A DNA stretch of 64,000 nucleotides from Kondoa subrosea (lineage: Eukaryota), in NCBI GenBank assembly GCA_039545335.1, contig BCIN01000001.1, positions 1,596,604 to 1,660,603 on the forward strand, read 5' to 3'. The notes below the pieces were generated by a model. That model was not told the origin of the DNA, searched no databases, and worked only from the letters and a program-made list of their open reading frames with translations. Of the stretch, positions 38,756 through 50,074 are shown piece by piece. A program made the position numbers and the translations under genes. Every line of letters begins with the position of its first letter. Positions within the stretch are counted from its first letter, which is position 1.

Positions 38756-39095
38756 GGATTCAAGATAGTCGTTATTTTAGCATCGGTGAATTGAGGTAAG
38801 CGCTATTCAACAGAATCTGCTGTGCAGCTGACTTTTAGGCAGTATTGAATTATCATGATCAAAATTGAAGCAGTGCTGCTGTGTTCACACCAGCCTCGCT
38901 GTCCTCCTCGCGTGATACAGCTTCTGTCCGGCCTGTGCTGAATCGCTTGATGGGAAAATACTCGAAGCCTGCCCGCTTTTATGTGTACTCATCGTATCAG
39001 TTCCTTGGCAAGGAAATCCCTTTGTCGAGATTCATTCTGTTCTGGTAATCTGTGCGTTGTCCTGCCAATTTCTTACTCCAATTCCATCACCAACC

Positions 39096-40414
39096 ATGGA
39101 AGTTACCTCTGCTATGTCTTCTTCTTCTTGTCCTCCGGAGATCGCAACTCTCTTCTCTCATCTGATAGCCATTGATAAATCCTACTCGGAAGCTACCTTC
39201 GAGAAGATTTGGCACCGGAATACAGCGACTACATGGCGAATGACTGCTCATGGCGACATCTACTATATAAGGCGTATCAATAAGCACAAACCGGAAAGAT
39301 CTGTTGGTCGCATGCTGAGCATTACCAAATATGTTCAAGGTTTGCATTTCACTTACCATCCCAAGATAGCAACTGAATATCGTCGCTGCTAGACCACTCA
39401 TTTATACCAGTCCCAGAAGCTTTGGATTTGCCCGAAAAGCTCGCTTCTACCTTCAGCGTCACTAAAGCCCTTCCAGGTAAGCATATGGGAGAGCTGTGGT
39501 CCGGCTTTTCTTACCAGCAACGCAAGAACTTTCTCTACGATTGGGCAGACACCTTCGTTAGCCTAGCCGATTGCGGTTTGCCTGAATCGCTGCGCGACGA
39601 AATGGGAGCTTATTTGGATGACAAAGGGAATCTGACCGCAGAAAGCTATCTCCTCTTTGAAGCACGTTTTCAGCTCTCTACTCACCCTGATCTATTGGAG
39701 AAGATGATTCGCTTGATCGATATTCTCATCTCGCAATATGCTGATCAAGAATCTTTGAACCGAATGATTCTTGATCACAATGATTTCCAATCTCATGTGA
39801 GTGATACGTCATTTCTGCTTGATTGTTTCTCACATGGCGATAGTCGCACGGTAACATCTTGGTTGATCCTCAAAGTGGTCGTCTTACCGGCCTGATAGGT
39901 ATGTCTTCTCATAGTCGAAAGCATTCTCTCTAATAAACAAATCTAAAGACTGGGAACTAGCTATGGTACGACCCATCTGGTGGCACATCCCTTTCGCATT
40001 CGCAGATTTCCCTAAACCAGAAGATAACAACCTACCTCGATTTGGCGAACCCAGTTGGTTATGGAAGCCCGAAGGACGCACGTACATTGATGAAGAATTG
40101 GGACGACTGTTCCTCAACCGCGTCAAGGAGAGAGATCCTGTTTTAGCGAAAGCCTGGCAAGACGGTAGAGCATTGAGAGAATGCGTGAAAGCGCTCTGGG
40201 ACGGAAAGTATGATCTAGATAAGCTAGAGAGGTGGCTGGGAGATATGTTCCTTTGGTCTCAAGAGCAGAAGAGGAATGAATGGTCAAATTTGACAGCAGG
40301 ATGCGAGAATATTGAAGAACAGGTCAGTCACCGCTTGAACTTGCCTTCTTCCTTTGTGAGCTCATGATACTGCAAAACTAGAGCGTCAGACCTATGTCGA
40401 GTGAGCGACAGTAA
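39096..40414 (+). CDS. Aminoglycoside-phosphotransferase/choline-kinase-like (APH-family) protein
   Basis: VTKALPGKHMGELW..QRK, catalytic-loop-like LDHNDFQSHSHGNILVD and GLIDWE after splicing, followed by RPIWW. Confidence 0.75.
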
Positions 40415-40600
40415 GCGCGAGTTGGCCATCCTGTCTGTAACTTCCAGGTCATTTGCGAAAGTGAAGGATTTCGGAAGAAGCAGCTTTGGTATGCACTGTC
40501 AATCTATAGGCCGTCTAGTAGCGAGATTTAGGCGCGTTTGTTATTTCATTGCCCACAAATCCAACTTGCCCTTACACCATCATCACGAACAGCTAAGAAC

Positions 40601-42692
40601 ATGGAGGATAATCAGACCAATCCACAGACGACAGATACAGCAATACCAGCAGTTGCAGACGTGGAAAGCGGTGAGTACGAACACCCTCACTTGGAAAAAG
40701 AACAGCTTCGAACGCAGCTGTGTTCGACAGGAGCTCGCAAGAGAGCCAGAGAACCTTTGCATTCAGAGCCAACGACTCCTTCTGTACGTCGGGCTAGCAC
40801 GCAGGAGTCCTGCTGCCAGTGCTAGCGAACAACGTACTCAAGTCTTTGTGCTTGTCAACAGGCTGACGATGATCAGGCTACCCTATCAGTCCCTACCAAG
40901 CGCAAGTAAGCATATGGAAGTATGTATGCTGTTTCGGCAAGCTGATTGTCTGTACCAGTCGTCTACAAACCCAGCCAACACCACCTGAACTATTGAAACG
41001 AGAAGGTTCTGTAACGCCGCCTGAAGAGTCAGAACTGCCACCTACGCCTCAGTTAGCTCATCGAGAACTCTCAGAAACCAATAAAGTCAAAGCAATTCGC
41101 GAACAAGTGCAAGATCTATCTACAGCAGAACGCGAAGCTCAGCTCGCTGCCTCCGCTGTCGACAACGCATCCATCGCCTCTGAAGCTGGTAGTCCAGTAG
41201 ATCAAGCTATGACCCCAACAGCTGGCGCCCAATACTTGGAAGAAGAAGCTGGAAATAAATCGCTAGCTGATATTGGAGATGGGGATGATATGCATCTTGG
41301 CGAATCCGCTGCAACAACAGCCGTTCGTATAGAAGATCCCATGGTCGCTTTACAGACACCAGCGAAACCTGCTTCCGTTTGTTTGCATCTTATACTTCAG
41401 AACGACGAGTCTAATCTTCTGTCAGGGCTTTGCGAACTATTCTGCCGCTGTTTCACCTTTCGCTACAGTCAATTCCTCTTCTGCACCCTCATCAGATGAA
41501 CCAGTACCTATGTCACTCAGCGATTCTACACTGCCAGCTCTATCGAGACCAAACCTAGCTGCCCTTCAAAGATCAGCTGGCAATCCTCTCCGACCACCGT
41601 CTCCAGCGAGTTCCATACGAGCCGAGACTGGATCCATTGCGCCAAACTCAAGGTTGCCAAGTTTTGAAGGTCAACCGGTCAACGCGAAAGAAGGCACATC
41701 TGTAAAGCTCAGCAGCGAGTCTATCTCACCTCCTCTGCCCGGTACTATTCCACCTCAACCAACTCCAGCCAGCGGGGCCACACCTTTGCCGGAAAGTGAG
41801 GCAGCTGCCTCGAAATCGGATATTGCATCAAGTTCAAGTACAGCATCAACGAGACAAACAGTTCCCGCTTCACCCTTTGCTTCAGCAGGCTCCTCTACTC
41901 CGTCTGCATTTGGCAAGAAACCCGCAACGTCTTTCAATGGCTTTTCATCCTTTTCTTCGGCTTCACCTTTTGCTAAAGCAAGTGCACCGTCTACTTCTGC
42001 TTCTCCTTTCGCCAAAGCCCAGAGTTCTGCTACGCCTGCATCTCCCTTTGCACAAGTGAACAAGAGCAGCACTGCGTCAACAGCTAGTCCATTCGCTTCC
42101 ACCAAACCTGCAACTTCTCAAGCACCAACATCAGCAGCATCCACACAGGCAGAAGATGGTCCCGTTTTCGTTGAACAAGATTCAGTGACTGGTGAAGAGG
42201 GCGAAGAAAGCGTTTTCTCTTCTCGAGCGAAATTGTTTGTAGTTGAGGGAGAAGGGTATAAAGAGAATGGGATTGGGATTCTTAGATTGAACAAGGATGT
42301 GGAGAGCAGCAAAGGAACGACTCGATTATGTGCGTTTCTCCTGTCTCGTTGCACAGTGCATGTGTTGATGCCACAGGGAATACCACAGTAATGCGAGCTG
42401 TTGCTACTCATCGAGTGATTCTCAATGCTGTCATTTTCTCTGGTATGCATTGTGAACTGGTGGAGCATAAATATGTACGCTTCACTGCCGTGCTGGACAC
42501 TGGCTTGAAGACTTATCTCGCAAAGGTAAGCTTCTCTTCCTCTTGTTCCTTTTACCTCTTATTAATGCAATGGCGGAATAGTTTGGACAAGCTCAAATGG
42601 CGCAAGAGTTCTTCAAGGCGATGAAAGATGCTATTGCTGCTACCGAGTCAAGAGGTTCAGCAACACCTCCAGCAAGTGGTAGCATGGTTTGA
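40601..42692 (+). CDS. RanBD1-domain protein (Yrb2/RanBP3/Nup2-like)
   Basis: C-terminal VTGEEGEESVFSSRAKLFV..YKENGIGILRLN..RL|VMRAVATHRVILNA; upstream SPFA/AFG repeats and a KREGS NLS-like motif. Confidence 0.85.
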
Positions 42693-43033
42693 GTTTTCGA
42701 GTCTCTAAACCGAATTACGAGTGCTTGCAATGTATATATACTATGATCTTCATTCAGCTAGAAGATACTGGGTCGGAATCACGGAGCTCGAATTACGGTG
42801 TCCTCGCGTTCTGTTTGGTGACACTTTGTCTTTTGTTCGACCAACTTCGCTGAATGTAGCTTACCAGCAAGCACTAGCCTCGTCATATTACCAACTCCTT
42901 TCGATACCCGTCATTGCTTTGGCTCACACATACCTGTATCTCGCTTCCGAATCGCAAAGGAGGCCGAAGCGTTCTCATTTGCTTCCAGCTTTCTGGGCTA
43001 GCTTTCTTTCACTTCTGAACGAGCACGGTCATC

Positions 43034-45930
43034 ATGGATTCGCCCTTGCGACGTTCACAAGCGGAAATGCAAGAGCTCCTAGCCAGCATCTTCGATTCTC
43101 TACCCAAGAGCAAGCGACGCACTTCTTACACAGGCGAAAGGGCTTGTAATATGGACATGCTACCTGAACTCATTGAAGCTTTCGAGAAGAAGAAAGGAAT
43201 GTCTTTGCTCGCAGCTGAAGAAATGGAAGCCCTCAAGACCATGGCTTCGCAAACTAAAGATATGATTGTTTCTGCTCAGGATCTCTTCACTATTCTCTCT
43301 CAGCTGACTCAGCACAAATCTGGTCCCCCTTCCCCTTCTCCTATGCGATCTAACGAAGAGAATAAACCTTTACCTTCTCCACCTTCTTCTCCTATTTCTG
43401 TTGGTAGCGGTATTTCAAGTAACGAAGGGAAGCAATGGCATGGTCGCAAACCTTCTGAACAAGAATTGAGTGGTGAAGGCTCATACATGCAATCATCCTC
43501 TTTACCTTCTGCACATCCCTCTGCTTCTTCTTTTCCAAGATCTATGTCACACAACGATGCATTGGATACTAGTCTCTTCCGAACTCCTCGAAGACCAGGT
43601 GCACATAATCGAGCCAAAACGGTAACAATTGGTATGGCAGAGGATTCGGAAACTCCTCATAATCCTTTTGCTACTCGTCAACGATCTAGTCCACTCGATT
43701 CAGCTCCTACAGAACACTCACGTAGACCTGCAATTAGGAGATCTGCAGGTCACAAGACTAGGAAAACAAGTATGGATGCCACGTCGTATGAAAGTAGTCG
43801 AAGTAGGGAAACGAGTTGGGATCCTTCCACTCCTCCTGGTTCAACAGAAAGAGATGCAAGTCCTGGCAGCAACAATTCGGAAGTGGATTGGCCGAAAGAT
43901 GAAGGAGAAGAAAAGTCTAACTTCCCACATTCTGCTTCAATGCCTGAATTCAGAGAGATAATTCATCCAGAATCTCTTGCTGTCGATGACACTTCTTTCC
44001 ATTCTCATCCTCTTTCGCCGCCAACCGAACATCGTGAACAAGAAGAAGGGTTATCAGGTTTAGCTGCTTTATCATCTCGACCTTTGTTCAGAGAAGGATC
44101 AACAGAAAGTGAAGGATCAGTCGGATCAAGCTCTCGTCCTGCTTCTCAACTCTTGCGAGCTTTCGGTGACAATGCAAGCGGTGCAGGTGGATTATCTTAT
44201 CGACCTGACTCTTTTTCTTCTATCAACTCTTTAGCTCAAGGAATGGCTGCATCTATGACTACTGAAGATATTGGCAACATGTTGAAAGCTATCTCCGATT
44301 CTAGTAGGAAGATTAAAGAGTTGGAAAGAGCTAACGAGGCTTATTCTTTGGATCAAGAGAATACTTTGTTTGAATTGCAGAGCAAATTGGATGAAGCTAT
44401 GACTGATTTGATTGCGAGAAAGAAAGAGGAGAAGGAGTTGCGAGGGAAAGAGAAGAGCTATTTGGCTCAGATTGCTACCTTTGAGACGGAGACTAGCAGA
44501 GTTCAGAAGAGTTTGGATAAGCAACGAGAACTTTATGGGAACATGCGAGTCAGCAATATTAGCTGCCGGGCTTTTGATCTGAATCTTCTTCCAGTAAAGC
44601 GCAGCTAGATGAGCAAAGGCGTGGGTCTAGCTTTGATGTTTCGCTAGCTGAAGTCTAATGTCTTGGCAGATGAGACCGAAAAGCTAAGAGATAGCGTTCG
44701 AGGGAAAGAGCAGGATTTACGTTTTGCGGAAGAGGCTTCCCAGATGGCTAATAGTGAAGTTGCGCGAGTACGTGCAATCTGATACTTGTGGCATATTCCG
44801 CTAATCTTAATACTAGATGGTCCACGAACAAGGTCTACTTGATATCAAGATCAAGAAACTCGAGGAAGAGTTGGCAGAAGCTCGGCAGGTCCGACATTTG
44901 CTTGACTTGCAGAAATTAGAGAACGGCAAACTCAAGGTGAACATTTTTACTACATCTGGGAATATTCATCTGATGATGTTCGTACGCAGAACACTATTGA
45001 TTCACTCAAGCTAGAAGTAGAAGCTTTGACTGCTCGGATAAGACTACACTCCTCAAGCTCAGCAAGCCTCAATGCGGACAGCCCAGGTCGTCAGACATCT
45101 GCTCACCCTCATCGTCGTACCCTTGGCAGCGAAATGCATACCGATTTGACCGATTCAGATATTGCATCGACCGATTCTTCTGAAGATGACGGCGACGTAA
45201 CAGAAGACGAAGACACACTTCGACAGCAACGTCAGCCATCTGTCAAAGTCTCCAAAGGAAAGAACGCAGAAGGTATTTACGAGAAACATATTATCTACCG
45301 AACTCGTAACATCATGTCTGGTCGAACACTTCAAGGCGAAACAGGTCAAGGTTCCTCGACGGCCAATTCTACTCAAAAAGAAGAAGCAGTCGAATTCGCA
45401 GAAGAGTTGAGCGATCTAGTGAACGATTCAACTCAGACAGATCAGCCTGAAACAGAATCCCAAAGCATACAAACTGAGCCCTTGGATGAACCTCCAAGTT
45501 ATGCGGAAACACACCAGAAAGACATTGCACTCCGAAGGTCGCATGCTTTCGGCCAACACATTCAGCTTTGGACTCAACGAATTCCGTATGCCAAAGCTGT
45601 CATCCCCCGGCTTTCGCCTTTCTGTCAAGCCGCGATGGAAGCTGCTTCGGAAAACAGCTCGTGCTTCGTCTTGTACTCCACCGTCTGCTTACTTCTGGGC
45701 ATCGTTGGTGGCTTTTCGATTTCTTCTCGCCTACATCCTTCAATTGCAAATGATCGTCAATTATGGCTTGCTTACAACAGTTTGCAAGATCCTTTCACAG
45801 CGTATAGCACATCACGTTGGAGCTATTGGTTCCAAGAGTGAGCAGCTTGCCTTTTGTTCCAATCCGTCGCTGACCATGGTGTAGGTTTTTGTACGGATCT
45901 TTGGACGTCGCGAGGCGGGTCCCTACGTAA
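43034..45930 (+). CDS. Coiled-coil, tail-anchored protein with KASH-like C-terminus (Kms-like)
   Basis: Helical N-terminal domain, long Ser/Pro-rich region, coiled coil, single TM near the C-terminus (FVLYSTVCLLLGIVGGFSI); last exon gives ...WFQEFLYGSLDVARRVPT*. Confidence 0.7.
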
Positions 45931-46305
45931 CGATCGTTTTTCATTACTATATCCTCCATAATAGTCTGCATGCGACATGTGTATACCTTTGATGACAGTC
46001 CCCACTCAATTGAAATGAATTCAATTTTACGATAACATGTGCTTGAACGGCCACATTACAACCCAAACAAGTTTCTCTGCATTCCATACCCTTCTCGTGT
46101 TGCGTGGATCTTTCAATGCCAAACTTTGCTCTTTACGAGAGCGAGCCTTCGGCGTGTGGCCATCTTCCTTATGCCGCTCCTTAATGAGGATAGAGTTTTA
46201 TTGCGAATGGTTTTATGTATAGTTCATTTACAAGCTTCTTGGCCTGCTTGTGTCCTCTTCTTCTGACGGTAAAAGATGCTATCATCCCCTTAAGTGATTG
46301 CTCAT

Positions 46306-47552
46306 ATGTTCTTTGATCCATCGACCGGTCGAGGGCCTTCTAGTCGCAGTGCGTCCGTGCCTCCTGCGACTAGATTATCTGCTGCAATTGCACTCCCTCC
46401 TCTTTCCTCCATACTAGGGAACTCTTTCGACGACGAGAGTCCTCGCATTTTTTATCATCCCTCACCTCCCTTACCTTCCTCGTTCCTCATGAATCCTCCT
46501 TACGATTTGAATGATCCACGACGAAGGCCTTCTTCTGCCTACGGTTCACAGACCTCGCCGACTTACAGCGATACAAATTATGCGGCTTCCTTCTCCTCTC
46601 TTGGCTCACCTTACGCTTCTGCTTTCCCTAATTACCCAAGCTCTTTGAATCATACAACCTCTACCCTTGGGGCGCCCTTATATCCGTCCTACAACTCTAC
46701 TTTCTCAAACGTAGAGGAATCTGACAACAACAACGATCAGGTAAGCACGCTCTCGCTCGCGCGACTGAACATTCTGACCGTTTTTAGAAATTACGAAGAA
46801 GTCGCTCAAAGAGACGAAGCGATGAGCCGCCGGTTTGCGTAATTCTGCTTTACATAGTTTATGATCGAAGCTGAACAATGTACAGACCTGCTGCGGTGCT
46901 ACGCAAAGCCCGTCCTGGAGAAGAGGACCATACGGTAAAGCCACATTGTGAGCGATACAAATTTTGTCTGCGAGCTCATTTGACATGTTATGTTGATTCA
47001 GATGCAAGTAAGTTGATAAATCCAATGTCTTGTGCCACTTCAAGCTAATCTGACGTTAGCGCTTGTGGCCTTCAATATCTCAAGGCTTCGCCCTCCTACT
47101 CAGACAATATGGATCCAGTAGAAGCTCAACGCCAGATGCAAGCGTTGAAGGAGAGTAGGGCCAACTCAAATCGTCTACGACTGCCAACTCGGGCAGGAAG
47201 CCAAGTGTTTAATTCCATCGAAAGCCCTTCTTCCTCCCCTTCTTTCAGTAATTCAGCATCAGCGACCGATTTGTATAGATCGTATTCGTCCAGTATGTAT
47301 CCTGGTGAAGCTAATTATGGAATGCCAACTGCTTCTGCTCCTTCTCCAGCAAGCTTAAGCAACCCTTTCGCCAGTCGATCCATTCCGAACCTACAAGAAT
47401 ACTCTTCTAGAAGTCAATCAGCCGGTCGTCTCTACCCTTCTCCTTCCTACTCCACGCTTCCTAGTATAGCAGATTTCGCGGACCCAGCAGCAAGCGGAAG
47501 TGGATATTTACCTCCACCAACTGGAAGCGCATCTAGGTATGTTGTTGCTTGA
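46306..47552 (+). CDS. GATA-type zinc-finger transcription factor (C-x2-C-x18-C-x2-C)
   Basis: Spliced [33 protein letters not shown], flanked by Ser/Pro-rich regions. Confidence 0.9.
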
Positions 47553-47976
47553 TAACCCAAGCCGCTCGGCTCTGAACTTTCGTAGGACTCGCAAATTCGA
47601 GTTCTGAATTCGAAGAAGACATGGGGGTCATCACAAACAGTGGGGCAATGCACGATAGACCTGTTCAGACTTTCAAATCCATGAAAAAGTATACACATAG
47701 AATAGCATTCTTTAGATCAAGATCGCATGAAAAACGAGGGCATCCAAAATAGTCACTTATATTAAAGAAATCATATGCAAACATTTTGACTGAATTGGGA
47801 AAAGCTAAGTAGTTAAAATATTACAAATGTATCTTGCGTTCCCGCTTGCTATATTGATGGTACTAGTAATTGGGTAATTCAGAATGAAAGAGAGAAGAAG
47901 AAAAGATAATACAAAGGTGTTTTTGTTCGCCTTGAAAGTCCTTTTTTTACCCAAAATTCCCCGCCCATGGTCTTGA

Positions 47977-49814
47977 TCATCGATTGATATAAGCTGGAGG
48001 AACTTCCGTTTGTAAATCTTCAGGTAAAATAGCACCAGCATCTTCATGTTGCATCACAGTCCTACTAGGTCCCGCGCCAGCGCTTGAACCAGCTAAAACA
48101 CCTTTACTTGATTGACCTAATTCCGTCATTGGAACTTGACTTGATCCATCAGGGTTAAGTGGAAGACCTCCTCTTCCAGTAGCTGAACCAAAAGAGCTGG
48201 AAGAAATGTTTCGATTATGAGCTGCGAAAGGTGGTAAAGGAGGAGCGTTGTTGTCTGGATTGGATACGTGCAAAGCAGAGAAATTAGATTCTGACATTGC
48301 TGTTCCGTTACCAAATTGAGTTCTTGATCGATTATCATCAGAAGATTGACGAGCTTCTGATCCTGCTACACTTGCGCCGGCTAAAGCAAAAGGAGTTACA
48401 GGCGCCGTAGGATTTGTGTGATCCGCTTGTGCATCTAATGTAGGCGAAGGAGGACCGTAATAGGCTGCATCTCTTGGCGCTGCTGCGTAGCTAATGTTTT
48501 GGCGTTTTCGACGACGTAAGAAACAGAAGGCGAGAAGAGCCAGAAGTGCAAGACCCAAAACTCCACCTACGACACCTCCGGCTTAAAAAACAAAGTTGAG
48601 CGGAGTCTCTTCTGGCAAAAGGGAGAGCAAACATACCTATTGCACCAACGTTGGTGCCCGAACCGCCTTTGTTGGATGTCCCATTCGTTGATCCAGCAGC
48701 ACTAGTAGTAGTAACTTTGTTACCAGCTTGATTGTTTGCAGGTGCGCCATCGGAAGAAGTAGAATCCTGAGTGCAAGTTTGCTGTTGACCAAAAGTAGTA
48801 ATCACATTCGTTGTTGGAGCCCATTGACCTCTTGAGTCTCTGACAGCAAAAACAAATTTTGATCCTGGTGTTATACCATTGACAAAGGATAGATGATCAT
48901 CAGATGGTGGAAGTGTGATATTGTAGCTGTTGACGACTGAATCAAGCTGTACGGCTATTGGGAGTCAATTCGCATGTATCTCTTGTGTTTGATTCGTGTA
49001 CTCACTAGTAACAGTGTAAGGAGGGTTTCCACCACTTATTCCCAAACCAACAACACCGCAAGCATCGACCGAAGTGGTGTTCAAAGTAGTTGAAAGCTGT
49101 CCAGTACCGACTTGTGACAGACAACCACTCGAACTGCTGCTCTGCACAGTATATACGCTCGACCAACCAGCAAAATTGGCGAAAGCATCAACGAATCCTA
49201 ATCTGATTGGCCCGTTACATCAGCCGGAATCACATAGCGAATCAGACGATGACCTTACACCAGCTGAGTTCCTGCAGGATAATTGATACTGAAGGATCCT
49301 CGCAGATTGTTATCCAGACTTGAAACAGCTTGTATACTGGGAGTTCCGTTCTTGATGAAGGAAAGATAAGCAATCCATAAATACGACTTATTAGAGGGAC
49401 CTGAGCTCACTACCGGCACACTGAAGCCATAGAAAGGCGGTGTGATTGTTGTACCTTCCTTGTTGAAGAGAACTACAGAAATCAACATAAGCCGATATAT
49501 AGAACAGTTCCTCTACGCGGGGACGGGCACGCACTGGAGAGATCTTGACATTGGGATAATCCATTAGTGTTCGTATCCGTGTCCCAGCCATACGAGAAGA
49601 CTCTGATCAAGGCCGAAATAGAAGAGTCAGCATGTGTTTCGATACACCCAAGACTTTCGAACGGGCAGTGCGAGTTCTCGTCCAGTATAGAAGCACGACT
49701 GTGGGCGGAGCAGAGAGATGCTCAGACAGCCTGTAGAGAGACTTACCGTTGAAGTTGACCTGAAGCGAGCTTGGCGTATAGCAGAGCAGCTCCCAAAGCA
49801 ATGAATGCTTTCAT
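47977..49814 (-). CDS. Type I membrane protein with Ser/Thr-rich stalk (Mid2-like cell-surface architecture)
   Basis: Signal MKAFIALGAALLYAKLASG; ectodomain with GGNPPYTV; TNVGAI|AGGVVGGVLGLALLALLAFCFL followed by RRRKR; tail with QHEDAG..EVPPAY. Confidence 0.75.
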
Positions 49815-50074
49815 GTGAGCCTAAGTGTTTACGTGTAGAGGGTATCCAGGATGTCTGGTATGGCCCGTGTTCGGTGTTTGCCTTTGGGATGCTTGCTTCA
49901 AGACAAGCAGCGAATTTCCACTTTCAGCAGCAGACGGCCAAACGCTTTGAAGCCTCGTTGATACCAGAGACTGCAGGTTTTATATCCTTGCGATTGTGGT
50001 GATATCAGACCTACTGCAAACTTGGTGCCGGCCGTGTCTTGAGCTATTGACGTCTCAGCAGCACACATTTCGAT

